DNA of 48,111 bases from contig OMJT01000022.1 of NCBI GenBank assembly GCA_900299415.1, positions 1 to 48,111 of the forward strand. The letters run 5' to 3'. The position numbers and the translations under genes were made by a program. The notes beneath the pieces are model-generated. The model did no database searches. It had not been told where the DNA came from and saw nothing but the letters and a program-made list of their open reading frames with translations. Shown here piece by piece: positions 8,637 through 17,138 of this stretch (position 1 is the first letter of the stretch; every line of letters begins with the position of its first letter). Source of the DNA: Opitutales bacterium (GTDB lineage Bacteria; Verrucomicrobiota; Verrucomicrobiia; Opitutales; Opitutaceae).

Positions 8637-9551
8637 TCACGTTTGTTTTCCCGACTCCGGCACCAGCCAGCGCACATCAGCCCGAGCGCCCGCATCCAGC
8701 GCCAGAGTGCCTGCCAGCCATTCGAGCACAGGCCGGGCCTCGTGTTCGAACTGCCATGGCGGGTTGAGAATGACCAAACCGCAGCCGCGCAGGCGCAGGC
8801 CGGAGGATTCACCGGCTACGGCTAGTTCCGCGACGAGCGTGGGCGGTGGCAGCAGGTTCAGCAACTCGGGCGCAAAGGCATCGAGCCGGGCGCGCTCGGT
8901 CAGCGGGTACCAGATCGCGTAGACTCCCGCGGGGAAACGCCGGAGTGCTTCGCTGAGTCCCGACACCAGCCGGGCCCACTCGTCCTGCGCCTCGTAGGGC
9001 GGGTCGATCAGTACCAACGCGCGCTTTTCGGGCGGCGGGAGCATCGCCCGCAGGGCGGTGTAACCGTCGAGCTCATGGACTGAGGCCCGGGCCTCGCCGG
9101 CGAACCCCGCCCGCAGTGCGAGGCTTTCCTCCGGGTGAAGCTCACAGAGCGCCAGCCGGTCCTGCGCCCGGGCCAGGGACCGGGCGATCCAGGGCGACCC
9201 GGGATAAAAGCGCAGGGCGTCCCCGAGGTTGCCTCGAGCCCGGTCAAAAGCGCGCACGGTCGCGAGGTACTCGGCAATCGGTGCCGGCATCTCCGATGCG
9301 TGGCTGCCCTTTGTCGTCGGCCCTCGGCCTGCCGCCATCAGCCGGCCGATCCCTCCGGGGTGTTCTGGCGCACGCTGCAAAGTCTGCCCCGTGGCCGCGG
9401 CGGCGAGATCGTAGCTTCCGCGGCCGGCGTGCGTGTCAAGGATGAGAACCCCCTTGTCCTTCCGGTGCAGCGCCCGGATCAGTTGGCCGAGCAGGACATG
9501 CTTCATCACGTCGGCGAAATTACCGGCGTGGAATTGGTGGCGGTAGTTCAC
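8637..9551 (-). CDS. rlmJ: 23S rRNA (adenine2030-N6)-methyltransferase RlmJ
   Basis: NYRHQFHAGNFADVMKH, LDTHAG, LIDPPYE, YAIWYP and LNPPW match E. coli RlmJ blocks. The GTG start at 9551 overlaps the TGA of the upstream yhcH-like gene (GTGA). The upstream 92 codons of ORF 8637..9827 are an overlap artefact. Confidence 0.85.
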   Translation of the reverse strand: MNYRHQFHAGNFADVMKHVLLGQLIRALHRKDKGVLILDTHAGRGSYDLAAAATGQTLQRAPEHPGGIGRLMAAGRGPTTKGSHASEMPAPIAEYLATVRAFDRARGNLGDALRFYPGSPWIARSLARAQDRLALCELHPEESLALRAGFAGEARASVHELDGYTALRAMLPPPEKRALVLIDPPYEAQDEWARLVSGLSEALRRFPAGVYAIWYPLTERARLDAFAPELLNLLPPPTLVAELAVAGESSGLRLRGCGLVILNPPWQFEHEARPVLEWLAGTLALDAGARADVRWLVPESGKQT

Positions 9552-10048
9552 TGCAGTGCGATTGGGACCTTCACGACCACCTTGCGGACCAGGCCCGGTT
9601 TGCCGATGGCGATGCATCCCAGGTGCGCGTCCGGCGGAAAGTAGATCGCCGCGAGCCCGGGCTTGAGGCGCAACACGGAGCCTTCGTCGAACGGCTGGTA
9701 GAAGATCACGTCCCGGCCCGGGGTGAGATCCTCCTGCACGACCAGGCGCTCCCGGTCGGCGACCTCCATGAGCTCCTCGCCCTCGAGCACCGCCTGTAGG
9801 TCGATGTAGGCCCGGTGGGTTTCCCAACGTCCCTCCGTGCGGCCGCGGCTGACGTAGGCCTGCGGCAAGGCAAAGGCGCCGCCCGTGAGTTCGACGCGCC
9901 CGGTCTCGCCGGCCGGCAGGCCCGCCAACAGCCGGTGGGCCTCGGTACCGGCCCGACGGGCCTCGGCAACGTAGGCAAACGCCGCGGCAAAATGCGCGGC
10001 CTGGGCGACCTGGAGCGGCAGAACATCAAGGGAACCGTAGAGGGCCAT
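9548..10048 (-). CDS. YhcH/YjgK/YiaL (DUF386) family protein
   Basis: 166 aa. THRAYIDLQ..LEGEE and IYFPPDAH motifs belong to the EbgC/YhcH beta-sandwich family. Confidence 0.8.
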   Translation of the reverse strand: MALYGSLDVLPLQVAQAAHFAAAFAYVAEARRAGTEAHRLLAGLPAGETGRVELTGGAFALPQAYVSRGRTEGRWETHRAYIDLQAVLEGEELMEVADRERLVVQEDLTPGRDVIFYQPFDEGSVLRLKPGLAAIYFPPDAHLGCIAIGKPGLVRKVVVKVPIALQ

Positions 10049-10100
10049 CGCGATGAACGGGAAACGCTCACTGCTCGACGATCAACGTTTAACGCTCAGG
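10049..10100 (-). repeat. Tandem heptanucleotide array, 7 units on the minus strand (CCTGAGC GTTAAAC GTTGATC GTCGAGC AGTGAGC GTTTCCC GTTCATC) plus GCG
   Basis: Read directly from the sequence. It runs straight into the ATG at 10048 of the yhcH-like gene. Confidence 0.8.
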
Positions 10101-10167
10101 TCGGATGCGACCACTCCGGTCCCACTTGCCACTTGCCCGGCGCGGGAGGCGCCGGTGAAGTGGCCGG

Positions 10168-11922
10168 ATGCCCGCGCCGTTCAACCTCGCGATCAGCCTC
10201 GATGCCTCCCTGCAGGCCGCCGCCACCGCGGCGGGCCTGGAGACGCCATTCGCCGCCGAGGTGCGCGGGGCTGATCCGCGGCACGGTGATTTCCAGGCCA
10301 ATGGCGTCCTCGGCTACGCCAAGGCGCGCAAGCTCAACCCCCGCGCGGTTGCCCAGCAGCTCGTTGGCGCCCTGCCGGCGGAGGTCACGGCGGCCTACGA
10401 GGTCGCCATCGCCGGCCCGGGCTTTATCAATTTCACCCTCAAGCCCGCTGGCCTGCTCGGCTGGCTGCAGGCGCACGCCCGGGCCGAGCAGCTCGCCGCC
10501 GGGGCGGCCCAGTCCCGCACCGGCGAGGCGTGGATCCTCGACTACAGCTCGCCCAACACCGCCAAGCAGATGCACGTCGGTCACCTGCGCTCGGCGGTGA
10601 TCGGGGAGGCCGTGGCACGGCTGCTGGCCTACAGCGGAGCGAAGGTGACGCGTGACAACCATATCGGCGACTGGGGCACCCAGTTCGGCAAGCTGATCTG
10701 GGCCTACAAGCGCCATGTCGACCAAGCCGCCCTGGCCCGCGACCCGATTGAGGAGTTCGAGCGGCTCTACAAGCTGGGCAACAACGCCGCCGATGCCGAC
10801 GTGGCGGTCATGGACGAGGCCCGGGCCGAGCTCGTGCAGCTCCAGGCCGGCAAGCCGGCCAGCCTCGAGGTCTGGCGCCAGATCAACGAGGCTAGCCTGC
10901 GGGCGTTCCAACAGGTTTACGATCAGCTTGGGATCCGCTTCGACCTCACGCTCGGCGAGAGCTTCTACAACGACAAGGTCGCCCGCGTTTACGAGGAACT
11001 GGCCAAGCTCGGACTCGCCCAGGAGAGCCAGCGCGCGCTGGTCGTATTCCATCCGGAGCATCCGCGCTTCAAGGAGCAGCCTTTCATCATCCGCAAGAGC
11101 GACGGCGCCGCCAACTACGCCTCGACCGACCTCGCCACCATCCTGTATCGCTGCGAGGTGCTTAAGGCCACGGGCATGCTGTACGTCGTGGACAAGCGCC
11201 AGTCCGACCACTTCGAGCAATTGTTCCTTACCGCGCGCAAGTGGTTCGCCGCCACCAACCGTCCGGAGCCCAGGATGGAGCACGTCGACTTCGGCACCGT
11301 GCTTGGCGAGAACAACAAGCCGCTCAAGACCCGCAGTGGAGAGAACATTAAGCTCAAGGACCTCCTCCTCGAGGCCTCCGACCGCGCCTATGCCTTGGTC
11401 TGCACCAAGAATCCCGACCTTCCCGAGGCGGAGAAACGCGTCATTGCGGAGGTTGTCGGCACGGGCTCCGTGCAGTATGCCGACCTCGCCCAGAACCGCT
11501 CCAGCGACTACGTGTTTGCCTGGGACCGGATGATCTCGCTCGAGGGCAACACCGCCGCGTATCTGCTCTACGCCGTGGCCCGCCTCCGCTCGATCTTCCG
11601 CAAGCTCGGTGCCGTGCCCGGCGACACCGCCGGCGAGGCGGCGGCCAGCGGGCTCGAAACAGCCACCGAGCTCGCCCTGGCGCGGAAACTGATGAAGTTT
11701 CCGGAGGCGATCCTACTCGCCGCAGGTCAAATGCGACCGCATTTCCTCTGCCTCTACCTCTATGAGTTGGCGGGGGAATTCAGCGCCTTCTACAACGCCG
11801 ACAAGGTTGCCGTCGACGACCCGTCGGTGCGGGCCCGTCGCCTCCTGCTTTGCGCCCGCACGCTCCTGATCCTCGAGACCGGCCTCCATCTGCTTGGTCT
11901 GCGGACGCTCGAGCGCATGTAA
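10168..11922 (+). CDS. argS: Arginine--tRNA ligase
   Basis: 584 aa. Class I HIGH motif (HVGHLRSAVIG), an ArgRS N-terminal domain and a DALR anticodon-binding C-terminus ending ...LRTLERM. Confidence 0.97.
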   Translation: MPAPFNLAISLDASLQAAATAAGLETPFAAEVRGADPRHGDFQANGVLGYAKARKLNPRAVAQQLVGALPAEVTAAYEVAIAGPGFINFTLKPAGLLGWLQAHARAEQLAAGAAQSRTGEAWILDYSSPNTAKQMHVGHLRSAVIGEAVARLLAYSGAKVTRDNHIGDWGTQFGKLIWAYKRHVDQAALARDPIEEFERLYKLGNNAADADVAVMDEARAELVQLQAGKPASLEVWRQINEASLRAFQQVYDQLGIRFDLTLGESFYNDKVARVYEELAKLGLAQESQRALVVFHPEHPRFKEQPFIIRKSDGAANYASTDLATILYRCEVLKATGMLYVVDKRQSDHFEQLFLTARKWFAATNRPEPRMEHVDFGTVLGENNKPLKTRSGENIKLKDLLLEASDRAYALVCTKNPDLPEAEKRVIAEVVGTGSVQYADLAQNRSSDYVFAWDRMISLEGNTAAYLLYAVARLRSIFRKLGAVPGDTAGEAAASGLETATELALARKLMKFPEAILLAAGQMRPHFLCLYLYELAGEFSAFYNADKVAVDDPSVRARRLLLCARTLLILETGLHLLGLRTLERM

Positions 11923-12063
11923 TTGTGGAGATATCGGGTCCTTTGACCGGCGACCTACGAGCCCCGTTAGTGGGTCAATTTCCGGGGCGTTTGCCCGCCC
12001 TCGGCCGCGGGTTGCGGACTCTGGCGCGGCAGGCTTCGTATCGCTTGCGCGAAGGGTGAAGAC

Positions 12064-12138
12064 TGGAGGCGCGGGCCGGAATTGAACCGGCGCATAGAGG
12101 TTTTGCAGACCTCGGCCTTACCACTTGGCTACCGCGCC
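12064..12138 (-). tRNA. tRNA-Cys (anticodon GCA), CCA encoded
   Basis: The minus strand reads GGCGCGGTAGCCAAGTGGTAAGGCCGAGGTCTGCAAAACCTCTATGCGCCGGTTCAATTCCGGCCCGCGCCTCCA. It has a 7-bp acceptor stem, anticodon stem GAGGT/ACCTC with loop CTGCAAA, T arm GCCGG-TTCAATT-CCGGC and discriminator U73. Confidence 0.9.
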
Positions 12139-12211
12139 TAAATCAGGGGGGCGAACTTGGGCAGCTTGCCGGGGCGGCGCAAGTACTGAAATCGCCCGCC
12201 ACCGGCCACGC

Positions 12212-13039
12212 TCAACGGGCGTAGAACGGGTTGTGCAGCTTTTCCTGGGCCAAGGTCGTCAGGGGGCCGTGGCCGCAGGCAATGACAGTGTCTTTTGGAA
12301 GGGTGAAGATCTTGCTGCGGTTATTGCCAAGCTGCTCGAGGAAGCCGGTCGGGCTGCTGCCTAGCGAGCAGGAGAAGAGGGAGTCGCCGACCACGGCCAG
12401 CGGCCAGCTCAGGCCCTTGACGAAAAAGGTCGTCTGGCCAGGGGAATGCCCGGAGGTGAGGAGCGTCTTGATGGACAGAGCCCCGAGGTGGAAATGCGCG
12501 TTCTCCTTGAATGTCTGGGAGCCGGGGCGGGAAATGGGTTCCAGTTCGCTGGCCCAGACAGCGGCACCCGTAGCGTCCGCGAGGCGGTCGAGATCGGCGA
12601 CGTGGTCCGGGTGCGTGTGGGTGATGAAGATGTGCTGCAGCTTCAGGCCGGCCGTCTCGATCTCGGTCAGCATCCCGGCGCTGTCGGTGCCGGTGTCGAA
12701 CGCCGCGGCCTGTTTCGTCTTCGAGTCCCAGACCAGGTAGCTGTTCACCGTGATGTCCTGCTTGTACGGGGTGTTGAACATCATGAACCCGCGGGGGAAG
12801 TCGGGCTGCACGGGGTACCAGCGCTTGTGGGCCAGTTCCTCGAGGGCGTTCGGGCTCAGCTGGAGGTGGCGGGCGACGCGCCGCAGCACGGCGTCGAGGG
12901 GCCGGCCGGTCTGGATCGCGGCCAGGTTCTCCTGCGTGATGCCCGCGCGCGCGGCGAGCTCCTTGTCCGTGATCTTGTGGCCGCGCTGCGCCTTGCGCAG
13001 CACGTCGGTGTAATCGTCCTCAATAGGAATGCGAGCCAT
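12212..13039 (-). CDS. MBL-fold metallo-hydrolase with N-terminal HTH-like domain
   Basis: HxHxDH motif (THTHPDH), a later SGHSPG and a C-terminal CGHG. The N-terminal ~60 aa (ITDKELAARAGITQENLAAIQTG) look XRE/HTH-like. ATG 13039 is preferred. Confidence 0.85.
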   Translation of the reverse strand: MARIPIEDDYTDVLRKAQRGHKITDKELAARAGITQENLAAIQTGRPLDAVLRRVARHLQLSPNALEELAHKRWYPVQPDFPRGFMMFNTPYKQDITVNSYLVWDSKTKQAAAFDTGTDSAGMLTEIETAGLKLQHIFITHTHPDHVADLDRLADATGAAVWASELEPISRPGSQTFKENAHFHLGALSIKTLLTSGHSPGQTTFFVKGLSWPLAVVGDSLFSCSLGSSPTGFLEQLGNNRSKIFTLPKDTVIACGHGPLTTLAQEKLHNPFYAR

Positions 13040-13227
13040 GGCCGAGCAGAAGGGAGGCAAGGGCTCCGATGCAAGCGCGCTCGGCGAGGAGCGCACGGGG
13101 GGCCCGCCCGGACATGGTTGGCCAAGGGGCCGGATCAGGCATGGTTCGTCCTGACGGATATAAATTACATTAACATCACCAGACCGGCCTTGCTGTCCTT
13201 ATATACTGGCGGCAGCATGTGTCTGCC

Positions 13228-13605
13228 ATGCTAAATGATAAACTAAAGAAACTGGCGGCCGAAAAAGCCCGCCTCGCAAAACTCGAAAAGTCCCTGGAAG
13301 CCGAAACCCGTCGCGAACTGGCTGGGCTCCCGGCCCGGTACGGCTTTGACAACGTCAATACCTTCATCGCGGCCCTCCGTCGGGCGGCGAGGGGCGGCCG
13401 GACCCGCACCAAGGCGAAGTCCGCCGCTGCCAAGTCTGGCAAGCGCAAGGCGCGGGTGGAGATTACGGATGCAATCCGCGCCAAGGTGAAGGCGCTCGCC
13501 GCCGCCGGGAAAACCGGGGGCGAAATCGCGGCCGCCGTCGGCATCTCCCTGCCGAGCGTGCACAATGTGAAAAAGGCCCTGGGCTTGGTGAAGGCGCGCG
13601 GGTAA
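13228..13605 (+). CDS. Small DNA-binding protein: N-terminal coiled coil, basic linker, C-terminal HTH
   Basis: 125 aa from ATG 13228. It contains KLKKLAAEKARLAKLEKSLEAE, a Lys/Arg/Ala linker, then GKTGGEIAAAVGISLPSVHNVKK (HTH). It is preceded by the most AT-rich stretch of the window. Confidence 0.6.
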   Translation: MLNDKLKKLAAEKARLAKLEKSLEAETRRELAGLPARYGFDNVNTFIAALRRAARGGRTRTKAKSAAAKSGKRKARVEITDAIRAKVKALAAAGKTGGEIAAAVGISLPSVHNVKKALGLVKARG

Positions 13606-13625
13606 GGCGCCGGAGACTTCCGTTT

Positions 13626-13653
13626 CTCCCCGGCCCGTGGCTGGGGAGGATTT
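13626..13653 (+). terminator. Candidate intrinsic terminator
   Basis: CTCCCCGGCC-CGT-GGCTGGGGAG forms a 10-bp stem with one G-U pair, followed by GATTTGATATCT. It starts 21 nt after the stop at 13605. Confidence 0.4.
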
Positions 13654-13769
13654 GATATCTGCGCTGGGCGGGAAGCGCGCCTTTGGGATTTTGAATCTCA
13701 AAGTGGGTCTGGCCTGCCATCCTGTGCGAAGGGATTTGCGCTTGGGGTGCCTGATCGCACAGTCCGCGC

Positions 13770-14687
13770 ATGGCCGCCCACTACATCCAAGCCAACACCA
13801 ACGGACGCCTGCATCCCGCCGGCGAGGCTTCGGTGAGTCCGGTCAACCGAGGCTTCCTCTACGGTGACGCCATTTACGAGGTCTGGCGCACCTATGAGGG
13901 CGTGATCTTCGCATGGGAGGGTCACTGGCGGCGGTTGCTCGCTTCCGCTGAGGCGCTGTTCATGGCGGTGCCATTCACCGAGGAGCGGATCCTTGCGGAG
14001 ATCCGGCGGACCGTGGCGGCTTTTCGCCAGGCCGTGCCCGGCGCAGGCGAACTCTACGTGCGGCTGCAGATTACCCGAGGCGAGGGATCGATCGGGCTCG
14101 ATGTTGCCTTGGCCGAGGCACCGGGCTTTGTGGTCCTCATCCAGCCTTGCCCGGTGCTGCCCCCGGCGCAACTGGAGCACGGTCTGCGGCTTTCGGTCGC
14201 GCGCAGCCTGCGACGCAACCCCATCCAGGCGCTCAGCCCCGGGTGGAAGACCGGCAACTACCTCAATAACATCCTCTGCCTGCGCGAGGCCCGGCAGCGC
14301 GGGGCCGACGAGGTGCTGATTCTCAACCTTGCGGGCGAGTTCACCGAGGCCGCCGTGTCGAACATCGCCTTCATCCGTGACGGTGAGGTCCTGACCCCGC
14401 CCGTGGAGGCCGGCATCCTCGCCGGGATCACCCGGGCCCACCTGCTCGAGGCGGTGGCGCCCGCGGCCGGCGTGCGGGTGCGCGAGGGGGCGCTCCGGCC
14501 CGAGGAATTGCCGACGATGTCCGAGTGTTTCCTGCTCTCCACCACCAAGGACCTTGTCCCGGTCGGCGCGATCGACGACGTGCGTTTCCGTACCGGGCCC
14601 GAAACGCTCACGCGAAAGATCAAGGCTGCGTTCGCCCTGCATGCCGCGGCCTACGCCCGGGCGCATCCGGAGCTGCGGCTGTTTTAG
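13770..14687 (+). CDS. Class IV (fold type IV) PLP aminotransferase (BCAT / D-amino-acid AT / ADC lyase family)
   Basis: RGFLYGDAIYEV, a catalytic-Lys region (WKTGNYLNNI), EFTEAAVSNIAFI and GILAGITR. Confidence 0.85.
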   Translation: MAAHYIQANTNGRLHPAGEASVSPVNRGFLYGDAIYEVWRTYEGVIFAWEGHWRRLLASAEALFMAVPFTEERILAEIRRTVAAFRQAVPGAGELYVRLQITRGEGSIGLDVALAEAPGFVVLIQPCPVLPPAQLEHGLRLSVARSLRRNPIQALSPGWKTGNYLNNILCLREARQRGADEVLILNLAGEFTEAAVSNIAFIRDGEVLTPPVEAGILAGITRAHLLEAVAPAAGVRVREGALRPEELPTMSECFLLSTTKDLVPVGAIDDVRFRTGPETLTRKIKAAFALHAAAYARAHPELRLF

Positions 14688-14786
14688 AACGGTTTGTAGG
14701 ATAGACTGACGGATCGAGGGGAAGCGGATTACCCTCAATCAGCGCCGAACGCGTTAAGAGCTACGCGTTCCACCCGGGTTCGATCC

Positions 14787-15962
14787 TCAGTACCTTGGCA
14801 GCGTCGGGTCGATTCGGTCGGACCACGCGCTGATGCCGCCGGCGATGTTGCTGACGGCGGTGAAGCCCTGGGCGCGCAGGTATTCGCTGACATGCCAGCT
14901 GCGGGTACCGACGTGGCAGAGCACAAGGAGATGTCGGTTGCGCGGCAGTTCGGCGAGCCGGGCCGGGATCTGTCGCATGGGAATGAGCTCCGAGCCGGCG
15001 ATCTGGCAGATCGAGGTCTCGTAAGGCTCGCGCACGTCGAGGATCAGGGCGCCGCCGCTTTGCCAGAGGCGCTGCGCCTCGCCGACATCCACTTCGAGCG
15101 GAAAGTCCCCGGCGGGGGCGGCGGCGTCGCCGGTCTCGCCGGCGGGTTGGCAACCCTCGGCATAGCGCGCTGGGTCGAGGGCGGTGATGGTCGGGTTCCG
15201 GCCGCACACTGCGCAATCCGGGTCGCGGTTCACGCGTAACGTGCGGAAGGTTTGGTTGAGGGCGTCGTAGGCAAGGAGCCGGCCGACGAGCGGCTCGCCG
15301 AAGCCGGCGATGAGTTTCATCGCCTCGAGGGCCTGGAGGCTGCCGATGACGCCGCACAGAGCGCCAAGCACACCGGCCTCGCCGCAATTGGGCACTGAAC
15401 CGGCTGGCGGTGGCTCGGGAAAAAGGCACCGATAGCACGGCCCGCCGCGGGCGGGATCGAACACGGCGACCTGGCCCTCGAAACGGAAAATGCTGCCGTG
15501 AACGAGGGGCTTTTTCGCGAGGACCGCGGCGTCGTTCACGAGGTAGCGCGTGGCGAAGGTGTCGCTGCCATCGACGACCACGTCGTACTGGGCCACCAAC
15601 TCGGCGGCATTCCCGGCGGTGACCGCGGCCTCGTGCCCGACGGCATGGACATGAGGATTGACCAGGCGCAAGCGGCGGAGGGCGGAGGCGACCTTGGGCT
15701 GGCCGACGGCGTCGCTGTCGTGCAGCAACTGGCGCTGGAGGTTGTGCTCCTCGACCCGGTCGAAGTCGGCGATTCCGATCGTGCCGACGCCACCCGCGGC
15801 CAAGTAGAGCGCAACCGGGCTGCCCAGGCCACCGGCCCCGATAATCAGGACGCGGCCACCCGCGAGGCGCTGCTGCCCGGCCATCCCGATCTGGTCCAGC
15901 ATCAGGTGCCGGCTGTAGCGGGCCAGTTCGGCAGGGGAGAGGGCGGGGAGCGGACGGCTCAT
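14787..15962 (-). CDS. MoeB/ThiF-type adenylyltransferase fused to a C-terminal rhodanese domain (MoeZ-like)
   Basis: RYSRHL, GAGGLGSP, CxxC pairs (CYRC and CAVC) and a rhodanese active-site loop (CHVGTRS). ATG 15962 (MSRPLPAL) is preferred; the longer ORF 14787..16463 is an upstream read-through. Confidence 0.9.
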   Translation of the reverse strand: MSRPLPALSPAELARYSRHLMLDQIGMAGQQRLAGGRVLIIGAGGLGSPVALYLAAGGVGTIGIADFDRVEEHNLQRQLLHDSDAVGQPKVASALRRLRLVNPHVHAVGHEAAVTAGNAAELVAQYDVVVDGSDTFATRYLVNDAAVLAKKPLVHGSIFRFEGQVAVFDPARGGPCYRCLFPEPPPAGSVPNCGEAGVLGALCGVIGSLQALEAMKLIAGFGEPLVGRLLAYDALNQTFRTLRVNRDPDCAVCGRNPTITALDPARYAEGCQPAGETGDAAAPAGDFPLEVDVGEAQRLWQSGGALILDVREPYETSICQIAGSELIPMRQIPARLAELPRNRHLLVLCHVGTRSWHVSEYLRAQGFTAVSNIAGGISAWSDRIDPTLPRY

Positions 15963-15992
15963 TGGCCGAAAGAGAGCCGCTTCGCGCCGGCT

Positions 15993-16008
15993 CGCAATTG
16001 AAATTGCG
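15993..16008. promoter_or_regulatory. Palindrome CGCAATT-GA-AATTGCG in the divergent moeB-like / guanylyltransferase intergenic region
   Basis: Perfect 7-bp inverted repeat with a 2-nt spacer. It is the only AT-rich element in the 76-nt divergent region. Operator candidate. Confidence 0.3.
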
Positions 16009-16038
16009 CCTGCCGGGGCCGCCCTCTGAATGCGGGGA

Positions 16039-17124
16039 ATGTCCCGCCAATTCGTGGTTATTCTTGCGGGTGGCAAAGGTGAGCGGTTCTGGCCGCTCAG
16101 CCGCCAGTCGCGTCCCAAGCAACTCCTCCCGATCTTGGGTGAAAAGCCCATGCTTGCCCAAACGCTCGACCGGGTGCGGAGGGTGGTGCCCCGGGAAAAC
16201 ATCCTCGTGATCACCAATGCCGTCCAGGCCGCGGCCGTGCGCCGGGCCTGCCCGGGCCTGCCGGCGCGGAACGTCATTGCCGAGCCCGTGGGCCGCGACT
16301 CCGCGCCCGCGGTCGGCGTAGCCGCTGCGCTGGTCGAGCGCCAAGACCCGCGCGGGGTGTTCGCGATCCTCGCGGCGGACCACGTGATCCACGACGAGGC
16401 GGCGTTCCGGCGCGACCTCAAGACCGCCTTCTCCACCGCCGCGGCGGGACCGGTGATGGTCACCCTGGGGATCGTGCCGACCGAACCGGTGACTGGCTAT
16501 GGCTACATCAAGGTCGCGCGGAAGGGACGCCAGACCGCGGGGCGGATCCGTCCGGTCGAGCGCTTCGTAGAGAAACCCGACCTCGCCACCGCCCGGCGCT
16601 ACCTCGCGAGCGGCGACTACCTGTGGAACTCGGGCATGTTTATCTGGAGCGTGCCCGTCGTGCTCGCGGCCTTCGCGGCGCACGCCCCGGCCCTCGCGCG
16701 CGGCCTCGCGACGCTGCGGCGCCAGCTCGCCGCCGGCCGTCCGCTCGCCACGGTGTTGAAGCAGGTCTACCCGAAGCTGGAAAAGATCTCCGTCGACTAC
16801 GCGCTGCTCGAGCACGCGCGCAACGTGGTCGTGCTGCCGGCGTCGTTCGACTGGGATGATGTCGGCGCCTGGCCCGCCGTGGCGCGGCACCGCGCCTGCG
16901 ACTCCGCAGGCAATGTCCAGCGCGGCAACACGCTCGTCGAGCAGGGCAGCGGCAACATCGTGCTGTCCGAGGGCCGCCACCTTGTGACGGTCCTTGGCGC
17001 CGACAATCTCATCGTGGTGCACACCCCGGATGCGACCTTGGTTTGCCCGCGGGACCGCGCCCAGGACATCAAGGCCCTGCTGAAGCGCCTTGCCGCGGAC
17101 CCTGCCGGCTGCCGCCTGCTCTGA
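16039..17124 (+). CDS. Mannose-1-phosphate guanylyltransferase (nucleotidyltransferase family)
   Basis: N-terminal VILAGGKGERFWPLSR and a GYGYI block. Length is ~361 aa with no PMI domain. The start is ATG 16039 or 16030. Confidence 0.85.
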   Translation: MSRQFVVILAGGKGERFWPLSRQSRPKQLLPILGEKPMLAQTLDRVRRVVPRENILVITNAVQAAAVRRACPGLPARNVIAEPVGRDSAPAVGVAAALVERQDPRGVFAILAADHVIHDEAAFRRDLKTAFSTAAAGPVMVTLGIVPTEPVTGYGYIKVARKGRQTAGRIRPVERFVEKPDLATARRYLASGDYLWNSGMFIWSVPVVLAAFAAHAPALARGLATLRRQLAAGRPLATVLKQVYPKLEKISVDYALLEHARNVVVLPASFDWDDVGAWPAVARHRACDSAGNVQRGNTLVEQGSGNIVLSEGRHLVTVLGADNLIVVHTPDATLVCPRDRAQDIKALLKRLAADPAGCRLL

Positions 17125-17138
17125 GCGCGGTCCTGGCC

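Noticed and set aside
8631-8825. 64-aa plus-strand ORF following the degenerate heptad copy at 8616-8653
   Set aside because: It is antisense to the well-supported rlmJ 3' end and has no coding-like features. This heptad copy therefore does not precede a real gene.
10096-11283. 395-aa minus-strand ORF antisense to argS. Similar long antisense ORFs occur at 1217..2449, 29030..30166, 30992..32494, 40660..41700 and 43964..45319.
   Set aside because: All are mirror-frame ORFs of strongly supported genes with biased Gly/Arg/Asp/Glu composition and no family signatures.
14771-14786. tRNA-like T-arm sequence CCGGGTTCGATCC just after the moeB-like stop (possible tRNA fragment or att site)
   Set aside because: The flanking bases do not form a T-stem (CCGGG versus CTCAG) or any cloverleaf. 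There is no integrase nearby. The nearby hairpin GAACGCGT-N8-ACGCGTTC (14747-14770) is more simply a 3'-end structure between convergent genes.
14761-17022. 753-aa minus-strand ORF spanning the moeB-like and guanylyltransferase loci
   Set aside because: Its composition is extremely Arg/Pro/Gly/Ala-rich with no recognisable motifs. It is antisense or out of frame to two well-supported genes. This is a typical high-GC shadow ORF.
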